DNA from: Catajapyx aquilonaris
Taxonomy: Eukaryota
Reading direction: 5' to 3'
Assembly: GCA_000934665.2 (NCBI GenBank)
Contig: KZ537984.1
Location: 124,001 to 188,000, forward strand
DNA: 64,000 nucleotides
The notes beneath the pieces are model-generated. The model made no database searches and had not been told where the DNA came from. It saw only the letters and a program-made list of their open reading frames with translations. Made by a program: the position numbers and the translations under genes. Positions 23,701 to 36,590 of this stretch are shown here, in pieces. Position 1 is the first letter of the stretch. Every line of letters starts with the position of its first letter.

Positions 23701-26700
23701 GCATGCTTCAATCGCATGCATAGAGAATGAGCTTTCTAAGGGCTTCGAAGGACGACATGTTCGTACGTTGGGAAATAATATTTTCTCCTTCCATCCGACG
23801 TATCGATCTGAGAATTTTGGTGGGTTTCACCTGGCGCTGCATGTATGGCTTCGACAACAACCTTCCACGTCTCCTATATGCCTCATTGTGATATATCGGA
23901 TCAAACAGTTGGAGGAATTATTTATGGGAGTGGCCCGCCTAAGTGTGTCACGCCGAATCAAGTGTTGGATAACACCATCGACCTGTTGTTGGCTGGAAAG
24001 GTATCACACCGAGAGAATGGCAGCCCGGGTTAATTTATTTATGTATTTATTACAGGCAGGTTGAACGAAAGGGCGCGATAAGTGCTGTCTAAAGGCGTTT
24101 CGGAAAATTACTGTATATACCAATTGAAATGGCATGTGCTGATTGTGTAATGGCTGTACGGAGAGTTGCGTAGTCATGATCGAAAGGTTGGATTTTTGAA
24201 CTAAAGGTTAATAATCATGTTGCCTGTATCATAATTTGTAATGCAGCATTACAGGATGATGCGTATACCATTCATCCTTGCACGATGCAACCCAAATTAC
24301 ACGGACTTTGGCTGTCCTTTACTAATGCTGCCTTTCAAAGCACAATAGTACCAAGCTGGCTAGGCTTTCTAATTAAATCATGGCGGCTTTGGATTTTCGT
24401 CCGACATGTCAAGATGCTATATAAAGGGACTTTTATAGGAAGTTGCTCGTACACGGTTGGCTGCTCGTTACAATAAGGATTACCCTGTTTTTTTGCTCCG
24501 CTTCCTAGAAGTTACACAGTACCCTGACCAAATCTGTCCCTGTACGGTACAAAGGCTACACCCCAACTCCGACGCTGACTTGGCGACTTCAATTTCCTCT
24601 AATAGGGCTGAAGCCCAAATAGCGGGAACTGATGCAAGGTAATTGATATGGTATGACGAGAGGGGGGGAGAGACCGGCAGGTAGGTAACACGCGCTCTTT
24701 TTTTTTTGCCTTCCACATTTCTGCTTCAGTGGCTGCCTTTGTAGTGGTTGTTGGGGAGACTGGAATCTAGCCCTGAAAGGCTGCTGACTCACGCGACTAT
24801 TGATTGCTAATGAGAAGACTAGAAGCTAAAGGGAGCTTGTCTGGTGGGGGGGGGGGGAAGACCCATTGTTTGTTGTCCACTTTGGGCCTGCTGGTGCGTG
24901 TGTTCCGGACTCTTCCAACTTGTCTTATTATAGCCAGTTACAACAATCATTAAAACTTTTTCTCATGAAAAAGCTGTAGCTAGGTTGAACTACCTTGGTA
25001 TATACTGGCTGGTAACGAGGAGATTGGTTTGGCTGGGAACTGGTGGAAATCGACAATCTATTGTTGTACTGCCCACGTCCGCGCAGTCCCACAATAAGAG
25101 GCCACGTATTGTTTTTCTCTTGTCTGCGGATTTCTGACCATCATGTCAACCGAAGGTGTGGCCAGCTTGTGTTTGCCGATTAAATAATGTTAAAATTTCA
25201 GCTGTCGACTATGGACTTTGCCAACTGCAGAGATGTCCATTATTTCCTGTGCAACCTCTACAACACTTTTTGCGAGTTCAAATCGCACGAGTACATTGAG
25301 AACACCATGATCATGAAGGAACTGAAGGTCCGATTGGAGGCTCAGTCGATATACAACAGGGCTGTATGCAAATGCCACGAAGACAACAGGCTGTCAGAGG
25401 TAAACCCGAGAAAAAAAAATGTAAAAGTGGGACTGGATGCTAAGTTTTGCTTAATTGTATAGATATTAGAACTGGTGAAAGATGGGTACATGTGCACTGG
25501 AAAATCGGTCGACGAATGCATCAGTTATGGACGGAAGCTTCAGGAAGTACTTCAGGAATTTACCCGCACTTTCCTGCCTCACATGCAAGAAGAAGAGGAC
25601 ATATTTCAAGTAAGTTTAGCCGGTCTGGAGCGATTTTTTAATATTTTTCAGCAATTTGTGCATTCCAGCCTCTACTGATGCAGTACTTTGAGTACGAAGA
25701 GCTGAAGCACCTGAAGGAAATAGTGATCAAGGAGCATGAGGTGTGGAAAGAGAAGCTGCTCGATGGAAAGGAGAAGAGTTTGATTGAAGAGGAGAACCAA
25801 ACTGCAGAGAAGGATAATGCCTGCAGGTCGGAACAAAATGAAAATCGCAACGTGACGAGAGAGAAAGTTGATTTCAACGGAGATTCTCCAGAAGTGAAAA
25901 ACGACTTTGATAAATTGCCCTCGGAGGTGACATGCAAGATCTTCTCGTACCTGACTCCGCCGGATCGAGGGAGATGCGCGCGTGTTTGTCATAAGTGGAA
26001 CACTCTGGTTATGTCACCTTCACTCTGGATGAACCTCTATCCTTCACTGTGGGCGCGAGGCAAGTGTCGCATTACATTGGTTTCACATTCTTGTTCTAAT
26101 TTTAACGTTTTAGGAATCTGGTCTTTTGAACCTTATGACACGTTGCCGTTAATTGAAGAGGAGTCGAGTCTTCACTGTGGAAGCTGCAGTGTGTTAGACG
26201 ATGATGGAGATGTGGACGAATCAGAGGAGGCCTGTGATGATTGTGACGGTACAAACGACATCAGGAGGATAATGCTCCGGGAAATGCACATATTCAACTA
26301 GTACAGCACTTTTTACATTCAGACTTATTGTAAAACGTGCGTTGAAATTAAGTTACATAATTGCCTTTTTTTCTCTTACAGCTTCATTGAATTTTTGCTT
26401 CCAAAAGTTGGATTGGCCGTGAAAAAGTTGGTTCTTACTGGCAGCAAGGGATTGAAGGACCATCATTTGAGATCCATGCTAGAGATGTGCCCAAATTTGG
26501 AACAATTGGATCTGTGTTACACCATGGTGACTGATGGTGCTTTCAAAGGGTATGTGGCTGTTTAATAACTTACAGTGTACGGTGCAGTCGCAATAAAGAA
26601 TAACTTTGGTATTATCATTGTTAGGCTATCCAGCAAGTTGCTCTGCTTGAAATCACTGGACGTGTCAGGTTGCTCCAGACTGACAGATGTGTTTCTGCAG

Positions 26701-27114
26701 CGATTAGCAGTGGCCATCACTCCATGCCATAGCCAAGATGCAACATCTTGTCCCCAAGGTTCTGCAGAAACCGAATGTGCAGCAGAAAGAGGCCACTGCA
26801 ACTGCTGCAATCGCACACATTCCAACAGCCTGCATTACTTGAGCCTCTCTGGTTGTTCTTCAATCACAGACGAAGGTGTGCGAGGCTTAGTAAGTACTGT
26901 AGGAGTGATGAAACATCTGGTCCACTTGGATCTGAGTGGATGCTACAGGCTCAGCTCTGGAATTCTTCACGAACTTACGCGAAACTGCCCGAACCTGAAG
27001 CCTCAGAACTTGTATTACTGCACCTTGATTACTAAAGGTCCATTTGAGACTGAAGCTAATGGATGTCAGAATTTGCAATGCCCAATTAGGACTTGCTGCT
27101 GCTTGGGAGAGTGA
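20364..27114 (+). CDS. FBXL5: F-box/LRR-repeat protein 5, hemerythrin-domain iron/oxygen sensor, ~555 aa
   Basis: Exons 20364-20450, 25202-25399, 25463-25609, 25669-26059, 26114-26300, 26382-26549, 26625-27114 (1668 nt, in frame; intron 4 is GC-AG). Hemerythrin ligand segments: FPAEVDVFSVPHQRMK, EFKSHEYIEN, CHEDN, FLPHMQEEE. F-box LPSEVTCKIFSYL, LRRs, and C-terminal YYC...ANGCQNLQCPIRTCC. Confidence 0.95.
20719..20777. repeat. (TAA)n microsatellite, ~19 units, in FBXL5 intron 1
   Basis: Uninterrupted TAA run read directly. Confidence 0.95.
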
Positions 27115-28329
27115 TAAGGAAATGGAAATGAATTCTAGTGTTTTCTAGTCATGTAGTGGTGCAAGGGCCAGATACAGCTCGTTTCCACAATGCAATAAGT
27201 ATTTCGATTAACTTCAGTCATTCGTCCTGGTTCAATCGAGCCAGGCATTTCAAATATTCAAGTGAAGCACTCAGTCCAAGTAATGCTTCAAACGCAATAT
27301 TGGATAGAAAGTGCATAAATAATGAGCAGAGAATATTGCTTCTGGCTGTGGTCTTATGTCATTCATTCGTTTGCCTGTAATGATTAGGTATGAGAAGTCA
27401 GAAAGAGATTATTGTGTAAAATATTAAAATCCTATTTGAATTTTTAAGGTTTCTAGTTTTTCATCTGGTCTGAAATTTGAAGGTTATGTATGACGATTTT
27501 CACGATGATGTGTTACATAATTCCTCAAGGGGCAGGAGTGTGCAATAAAAATGGGCTAAATACGTAGGAGTACCCTTAAACTTTAAATGTTTGCCTCCTT
27601 TAGACGCATGTAGAACTTTCATAAGTACATGAACATTAATTGTCATGCTTATAATTAATATTAAGCAGTGCCCATTGTTATTAGACTGACAGAAATATTT
27701 ATGTGCCAAGTCTTGCGTTATAATCCATATGTAACATTATGAGAATTTTCTGTTATTTTGCTTTCTATTTTTTACTATTTTGCATAAAGTACGAGCTGTA
27801 TATGTTAGTTACTTTTGTTTTTAGCTGTCCATGTTTTTTGAAAGTATAGTTAGAGCCATTTAAGAAAGTCTTAGCTGCAGAGAATTCATCCTATTGACAG
27901 CTGTATTTTTTGTCAGATGATACCTTAATTTCTTTAATTACTTATGGTGTTATTTCATTTATGTGCTTTTCATGTAATATTATGACTGGTTTCAGGAACC
28001 AATATGTAAGTAGAATACACGGCAAAGTGTATATTATCAGGTTTAACAGGTTTATGGTTCATGTTGTAATTGCCCAACTTAGTCCAATAAGAATATTCCA
28101 TTACGTTTGTTTTCTTACGCCTCTGGCATGCAATGATCCTCTTTTGCAAACAACGAGTAATATTTTTTTGTGATATGGAGTGTTATTCACGTTCAGCTTC
28201 AACATCTCATAAATAACGTTGTCATTTCCTGTGCAATACCAAGGTCGAAAATAAAGTTTCTTACATGGATGATGGAATCCAGTTTTGGCAACACCTAAAA
28301 AAAACCCTCCAACCAGTCACCTTCACTCA

Positions 28330-31300
28330 TCATTTATTCACGTCCAAATCACAGGGTCGTCGGAAGACTTGCGGCGCTTCCCTGATCCACTTGTTACTCA
28401 CTGCAACAGAAACGTAAGAACAGGTTAGACTGCTACTAAACAGAATCTACATAATCTGAAGGGATGGATGTGTTTGGATGCTCACCCCACTTGTGTCCGT
28501 ATAGCACTGGACAGGCGCCATGCAGGGTGAGGACATCGGGTTGACCACTTTCTTTGAGGTTGTGCCAGAAGAGAGCCGAGCCCTTCCTTGGCCAAACAGA
28601 CAATCCGATGCGTGGGAATGCCGTGGCTCCTCCTTTGGAGACATCACTCAGCTGGGGAAATGTAATCCAAGTTGTAGTCTACATTCCATGATAACAATTA
28701 CAATTGATTGGTTGTCAAGGGCAAAACCATTAGCATGATTGCATACTCCAGCTAATTAACCCAGATATGCATAATTTTTTGGGTTTGATTTTTAATTAAT
28801 TTTCTATGTATGAGATAATGAAGACCTAGCACAATAAGTATCTAACATTGTACAAGTGTCCTATACAACATAGGACGCTAGGCATATCTGGGTTAAGGAT
28901 GATCAAAAATTGTTCCGAAAGAAAAATCATTCTCAAAACTATGAAAAGCAACTGGTTTTTACTATAAAAGGTTGCAAGGTTGTTACTCACGTAAATCATA
29001 AAGGTAGCGATTCTGTCTCCTATGAACAGGTCCTGCTGACTGATCCCTTTCATCTGGAATCAGATACGGAATGAATTATTTGCGTCAACAACCTTTTGTC
29101 AGGGGGCCACCGAGCTGCTTGGGGTCATATTTTGTGCATTCCCAGACGGTGATTATTATTACTGGGTGGGGTTTATGACTGTGCAAGATAACTCGAGCTA
29201 GTTTTACTGCGGGAGGGCCTGCAATTGAACCCAACCGCTCTCGCATTTGAAATTAATCGGCTTACCTGGGAAGCAGTTTTGTCTCGGAAAAGGTAATCAT
29301 GGTGGGGACTGAAATGGCCTCCAAGCCCGTAATTCACTACCTGCAATCAAGACAGTAAGTGGATAATGTCACCAGTCTTATCTTACCTTTTTCATATACT
29401 TTAGCGTGAAATCGTAGTGCAGGTTATAGTATTCGCCACTTGCATAGTTGACAATCTGCGAAAAGAAGAAAGAAGTGCTGCGGAAAAAAAGATGTGAATG
29501 GCTATTGTTTGCGCGTGCCGTAATGCAATTAGTGCCAATTGCAGAGAAAAGAACCAAAAGTGGGAGAAAAAAATGGATAAGAATATGTGCGATATAAACT
29601 CTCGTGCTTTCCTGCACCGGTGACCCGAATTATTGTGAAGTAATAAGCAATTGCCAGGAAATAACGTAATTGTGTCGAACAGTGTTATAAAGCCGAGCTA
29701 TAGCAGGCATATCAGCAGCACCAATCAAGAAGTAACAGTGAGCTATATTAATTTATAAAATAGCGGTATTATGCTGGCTGTTAAAGCGGGATAGTCGACC
29801 ACATTGTTCCGATCTCACCCATTTTTTAAAAAACCTCTGGAAAAATCTGGCGCACTCGTGCATCAACTTTTTCTAAAATCAAGAAAGAAATTATAGTGGT
29901 ATTTGCTTGGCACGTATTTTTTAAATCCGGTTTGAACATGCGGCTTACCAAATCTGATCTAATATATTTAAAAAGCAAGTTCGTGCACTGATGCAGTCTA
30001 TAAATATTGCTATTATATTGGGCGATGTCATGTTTGACGTAATGAGGAAATATAAGACAAAACATTGTGCTATCAGATCAGTGTCCAGTGTTTGAGGAAG
30101 TCATCCCAAGGCTACCTAATAACTTCCACGGTTACATGAGCCATGAACCTGGCTCTAATCTGATATAGGAGCCATCCGATGATTATACCCGTGCAAAAAA
30201 AATGGCAAGCTCGCTTAGCCTGGAAAAACGTGACCAAAAATTACGTCACGCGTCAAGCCACATTTTGAGTACTGTCACGGTTACATACCGGGCTAAGGTT
30301 TTTCCTGGATTGACATCGTCTGGATTCTTTGCAGGAGATGCACATGAATACTCCTTTTTTTCAGCCGTTTTATGCGCGTAAAAAAGCAGGGATATAGCCT
30401 TCCGAAATCCTTGAGCGACAATAATGAAAGTTGGTGGAGAATCACGAAGTGTGACGCTTCCGCTCCGAAATAAACAGAGGAGAAGCCAACGATGATTTTA
30501 AAAAAAAGCATGCATAGGTTGCATCTCTCTCTCACCTGGAGGTGCTCCGCCTCGTTTTGGTCCGTATCGGCCTTGAGACCAGTCAACCGAGACACCCGAT
30601 TGCTGATCTTCCTCACCAACGGGTCCATCTGGTCCGGGAGCCAAGAGGTTTTCGACACTCGAAGGTTCGACAGCTGGCTCTCTGATCCTCTCTGACCCTG
30701 AACCAGTGATCTCGACAGCTGAAAATTGGGGATCAATCACTTGCGAATTATTGAAATAATACACCTATACCCTTGGGTACTCTGATTCAGTCGACTGAGA
30801 GGAAATATTTCTTACGCCGCACCACTTGTGGCCCTGCCAGGCACGGTACGTCGCATTGCGTGATGATTTTAGTTAATTGCGAGCATCAGCGTGCTGGGCG
30901 TTTATTATGGGTTGTGCAATATAACAACACCTTATGCCATATATACGGAACAAGGAAGGCTTTAAAAAATCGCTCCATTTTGCAAATGCTAAATAGCAGC
31001 TCCTCCTAACAAGGCCTTCGCTATTATGCTGTTGTATTATTCAAAATTGCGCAGCGTGCCTGCCGTGCACAGAATAAAGTACCGTACCAAGGTCTGCGTA
31101 CTGACACCACCGGAAAAGGACATTCCGCTCCTTGTCACTTGCCCAGACTGCATTATTGCTTCTCAGTGACAAGAGTGCACGAAAGCTACTCTTTTTTTTG
31201 GAGGCAGCGAGTATAGAGAGAAGGTTGGGTAATTACCAAAGGCCTTGCGAGAGATATGAGCCTCTCGATTTCTGCCGAAGACACGACGTCGTGGAAGCTG

Positions 31301-34300
31301 TATATCGACGGAGTAAGCTGGTGTTGCTCCACCTTGACTGGGTGAAGGAGGTAGAACGGGTTACCTCTGCTGTCCACCCAACATCTCAGCTTGGCAGTGT
31401 ACCTGTCATCCTAAAGGACAAATCGAGAACCTGAGACCCTGGTGCCTTATGATAATATATACTACTACACCCGCGCGGCTTTTATAGCCCGACTGTATGT
31501 TTTATCGTAACCGATTGTATCACTTGCCCGCAGGTTTTCTCCTCTGCACAGGGCCGCAAAGTTTATGAGGTCTTCTTCTATGGACAGGTGAGGTCCAAGG
31601 CGATAAGGGTGCTCTTGGAAGGCGTGGCGACGTCGATCTCCTGACAGGTGCGATCGTAGAGGCTCGGTGTAAAGGTGTAAATGGCCATCACCTTTGCTTA
31701 ATTTGACATCGTGCTGGAGGAGATTAAACGAGGGAGATTCCGATCAGAACTTGGACAATAATTTTTAAAATTAACGAGCCGATTGCCTCGAGGGAAGCAA
31801 CAATGTCCTCACCCTGCGGATGGCACTATCCAGGAAATGGGCCACTTGATCTTGAGATACGCTGCCATTGACTTCATGACCTGCTAGGTCATACGCCTGT
31901 TCGAACCACTCGATAGCTCTGGTGTAAATACCAGCATTGTAGCAGTGCTTGCCCATAAACGTACAGTCTTGCGCCTTCAGTTCTGAAAAATCCACACAGT
32001 AAAATATTGCGAGAACTTGTCCACAACTTTGCACAGCATACAGTACACTTTCTCTCAACCCAATATGTGGTAGGTCTCCTTCCCATGTCGGGGTCCATAT
32101 AAAGGAGCCGCCCCTTTTGTGCATTGTTGTGCATTCCCGGGCTTCACAGGTGTAAACAACAACCGGACACGCCTTTTTGACAGCAGGCTGGATGATTAGG
32201 CGTGAATTCCTCTTCCAGAAGCCTGTTGCGCAAGGCAACTTAAAGCTTGTTTAGATCCCAACCCAACCCTCAACAATGGAGGCGTGAATCAAAAGAAGGC
32301 TGATGGCCTGCGAGTCTGAATTGAGATTTCTCAACTCGCACAGCAGGGGTTGCATCCTGTGAATAGAGCCGATGCAAGTACGTGACATCCGAGAGCAAGG
32401 GCAAATATCCTTCCAGTTTGTCTAACGGTACTACCTGGAGAGGATGATGGAGAAGAAGAGACCTGGCCTGCCGTTCCCATATAGCGGACCACAAGGTCAC
32501 ATATCGCAAATTGCAGGTGGGGTGCCAGATTAGAAATCGCCGCATGTGGAAATGAAGACAAAAGAAGTGAATGAAAAACTTTCACTTCGAATTCGTATAG
32601 TATACGCAGGGCGGATTAATTTAACCGTTGCTCATCATGAGAGCCGCCAAAAAGGGGTCCTTTGACATGTGGGGGCCACCACCTAAAGCCCTGAGGGTGT
32701 GTGGGTTTTTCTGTCAAATATGCAGGACAACATTAGCGGCTCGTATAATTTCATACTTTTCATAGCGGACGGTGTCAGGTGTGGTTAATGTCAATTCGAC
32801 ACTCTGTGTTGCCATCTCCAGGGACTAATCATGTTCACGCCCTGTGAATTACCATAACTTTGCACTTTTTTTTCGCCAACAAAATGTGCGGGTCACACTC
32901 GGGGGGTCGAGAATGGCCTTAATTTGAAATTCTAGCATTGTTGAGCCAATTAAGCTGTAATAGATAGCCTGCATGTGCCAGTACGTGACTGTCGGATTTG
33001 TTTTCCGTGTCAATTGGTAGCTGCATGCCCTGCAATTCAGTGCTTACCAGTGTTTGTCTGCACGTCCCAGATCGAACCTCTGGAAAGATCAGACACGTTT
33101 AGGTTGTATACGTCTTGCAGTCGGATTATGGCGTTGGCAGCTCCGTGCAAATCCTTTTCCTTAGGGAAGGTGAAGGAATGTCTCAGGTGGTCCAGACGGT
33201 CGTGTAATCCTGTGGGATTGAGGAAATACAATAATCCCATAAACACACTTTATTCCGTTATTGTGTTACTGGCATTATAGGCGATAATGATCTCGATATA
33301 CAATAAGGGAGGTTAACACAGCGATCATAACTGCAACGGGGCTTTTACGATTCTAAATCCTGTCATTAACGTTCTGATAGAGAGAGAGGAAAAAAATATC
33401 ATTGTGAAACGTGTGTATACCTTGAGACAGTTACCGGCATTCATTAGTTGCGAATTAAGTTTCACCCGCTTACGTATACGTCATTGCGAAAGTAATGCAC
33501 TGCAATTTGGCGAATCAAAATGTCATCATTTGCACGTAATAACTGAAAGGCGTTGCAATACATTACAAATGTAGGGTAAAGCATCGTGATGCTTGATGGA
33601 AAAACATGGGGGTGTGAAAACCTTCGATGCAAAAATCTGACTTTGCATGATAAAGTAATCCAAGTGGGATGACAGCACTTCAAACGTAACGTGTGTGTAC
33701 ACCATACGGTCATACCTAAACAATAAAAAATGAAAGCAAGGACCCCTCATAGTAAATTACTCCCTGTCATAAGGCACACGCTTCAAGAGATGCCATTTGG
33801 CATTTGAATATTTTCACATCTCAAAGTGCAAGGCGGCTGTTATGTCACGCCCTTGCAGTTATGCAAATGTTACATCACAGTTCTAATGCAGGCGGTGTCC
33901 TGTCCAAACCCACGCCACGGTTTCAGAATGAGATAAGAAGGTTGCTGGGAAGTGCAACTTACTTTTGTGACATTTTTGCCTGACAAAAGCCTGGATGTCA
34001 TTCCAGTACACTGTGAGCCTCTTGACTAGATGATACGCATGGAGAGGATTGTCCCTCACTTTTTCCAAGTACTGCTCTTCACTCTTGAACACTTCCTCTT
34101 CAATCAGTTCATATTCTTCCAGGTACCTGAAATAACCCAGTGTTAATCATTTTGTTGGCTCATTCAAGTTAATGTTGCACACCTCTGGAGTTTGGAGATG
34201 CTGCTGTCAACATTCCCGACATAATCGCGTAGAATGTCCAATATTTTTTTCTCCAGCGCAAAAAAGCTGCCGAGATCCGCCGAGGTCAGGAACAGGTCAC

Positions 34301-34352
34301 CGCCCGTACAGGCTGGCAATAATAGCGTCCCGAGCAGATACAACGGGAACAT
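28330..34352 (-). CDS. P4HA: Prolyl 4-hydroxylase alpha subunit, copy A (525 or 527 aa depending on the alternative exon)
   Basis: Exons 34352-34183, 34126-33963, 33209-33048, 31982-31813, 31713-31528 (GC donor), 31410-31237, 30718-30536, [29455-29387 or 29340-29266], 29053-28991, 28651-28486, 28400-28330; in frame with either alternative. Signal peptide MFPLYLLGTLLLPACTG, NPLHAYHLVKRLT, DLHGAANAIIRLQDVY, LCRGE, HxD, GDRIATFMIYLSDV..GGATAFP, TLHGACPV, KWVSNKW. An in-frame ATG at 34379 lies upstream of a good splice acceptor, so 34352 is preferred. Confidence 0.92.
29266..29340 (-). CDS. P4HA copy A alternative exon 8b (VVNYGLGGHFSPHHDYLFRDKTASQ)
   Basis: 75 nt, phase 0/0, acceptor TGATTGCAG and donor CAG|GTAAGC; intact H-H-D motif. 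Closest to the canonical V.NYG.GG.Y.PH.D. Confidence 0.85.
29387..29455 (-). CDS. P4HA copy A alternative exon 8a (IVNYASGEYYNLHYDFTLKYMKK)
   Basis: 69 nt, phase 0/0, strong acceptor TTCTTTCTTCTTTTTCGCAG and donor AAG|GTAAGA; intact H-Y-D motif. Confidence 0.72.
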
Positions 34353-36590
34353 ATCTGGAAGAGAAATGACACCAAGCATGACCTAATGGCCGGTACTTAG
34401 CAGAGCCATTTTCTTCCCCCCAAAATGATTTCCATTCCCAAGGTGGTCAAAGGCACGATCGGCCCCGTGACACACCTATGATTTATGCGATGGGGGACAC
34501 AACAGAATTGCATCCTGAGTATAAGGTGCGTTTTTAGTGGAAAACAATGCAGTCAGTTCAAGGCGTCGGCGTGATTTGAGGAGTCGAAATATCGTGACAT
34601 ACACAATTGTCACCGCTGGCCAGGAATTCTCACGAACATTGTTTCATACTTTACCTTGACTTGTATATGGGATCAATTACGTTTTTGATCTTTTTTTTTC
34701 ATTCGCTTATATATAAAGTGGAGGTTATCGTCGATCACGATTGATTTGCGATCAGTGCTTTAAAAAGGGACTCGGGGTGCGGGTTTGACGTTAATTAGTC
34801 GTCCGGAACAATTTCGGGCAAAAGCGTGATTCTATGCGTTCATTATTATCTTCATTCATTCAGGAGAGGTAGTAGGTAATTTTACGCTTTTGACCATGGG
34901 GAAAAAGAGGAGGATTTTTCCCAGCGGAAACTTTGAAAAAAAAAGGGGGGGAACTGAAACTTTCCAATATTTCACCGGAATTTGTGTGCACTGGAATCAA
35001 AGCGGAATAAATATCACGAGCAAAATAAAAGTTAATTGTCACTCGTCATTTAACGTGACAAATACATAGCCTATGTGAAGTATTGGATAGTTACTTTGTC
35101 GATATTCATTTCGCTGAAGGGAGGGCTCAATGACAGCTAATTGACCTGAGGGTAAACAATGGGCTAATCATAATCACAATGGGGAGATTTAATTGGACAT
35201 TACAAGGTCTGTTTGCGAACATGTTTCTTCCGGATCCATAGATATTGTCGTATTTGATATGACAGTACTGACTGCTGAAGCTAATGGTCTGCTGGATTGT
35301 CTTTGTCACTTATTAGAATCAGCCTGCTTCAATAAATCACTGCTTCGTGACACAAGGCTATGAAGCAATTTGTAGTCTGATGAGTTCTAAGGTTGTTCTA
35401 GCTGCGGTTTACAAGTGGGAGTAGAAGAGTCCTCATTAGTTCCAGGTTTCCGTTGTGCAAGAGACAAATGCTTTATGACATGTTAGGTCAAAATGTATTC
35501 CCAGGCCGAGGGAATTCGCACACGTGAACTCATAAGAGGCAGGTCATGCACGATTCTTGGCACCTTCATGTGCTGGATGCTATGCTTCGTCTCATGCACA
35601 AAGTATTCTGCAAAAATAATAAAAAGAGTAGAAGTGATAATTATTGGTTACCTTGCTCCATCAAAAGAAAGGTCACCTGACAGTCAAATTTCCTGCAACT
35701 TTGTGCAATCACCCCTTAAAGGATTTAGGTATTGCAGGATATGAGCCTGTGAAAATCACATCAATTTCGCACATCCAATAAACTGGAAAACTTAAACACC
35801 AGAACCGAGGCAATGCAAAAATTCAAACGGTAGATTGAACTATAAATTCTGAACTTTCGACTTGTTTCCCTCTCTTGAAATATTGTGTCCATACTATATG
35901 TAGCAAAAAAACCCTGTACTTAGCAATAGTTCACGCCCATACAATCAACTTCCCTTTATACATTATTACGTGTACCCCACCCTTAGTACTTGATAAGATC
36001 ATAATATGTAGTCCTGGATATTCACTTAGAGAACTATTTAAGCTTCGCTGCACCAACTGACGAAGTGCGAGGCCAAATGACAATAATTTCGAAACAATTT
36101 ATCCTGAAAATGGGCCCTTTTACCTGAAAATGTCATGGTTCAAATATTTCAAAATTCTACTTCGAAACCTTCCAGTGTGGCTGACTCTGCTGCATTTAGT
36201 GTGTTCCAACTACTATAAGGCTTAGCAATACTTGAAAGTAATCTGCTTATTTACTTTTAGTGGTATAATCAAAATGTTAGCAGCTAATATCTTGTTGAAT
36301 TGACCATGAATGAGCTTAGGACCTGGTTTTATCAACTCCATGTGTTGCATCTTTAAGGATTAGCAACCATCTTAATGATGCGTGATCAGTAATTACTGTA
36401 TTTTCTCCCAGAGAGATGACATCAAAACTATTTTTTAGCATCTATTGTTTTTGCATATTTAAAAATCGCTAACCACCACATTTCTACCGGAACTGTCTGA
36501 ATGCAAGGCCGCCTTTTACAGCCTCAACCCATCAGAAACAACACTGCTAAGTATACCCTGCAAATTCACTTATGATCAGAGGCGCCTTAC

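Noticed and set aside
27661..27680. CAGTGC as a possible iron-responsive element loop in the FBXL5 3' region
   Set aside because: The flanks (TTAAG / CCATT) cannot form the 5-bp upper stem with the bulged C.
32270..32585. Overlapping ORFs in P4HA-A intron 3 as an extra exon
   Set aside because: No P4HA similarity, no clear acceptor, and the flanking exons already join in frame.
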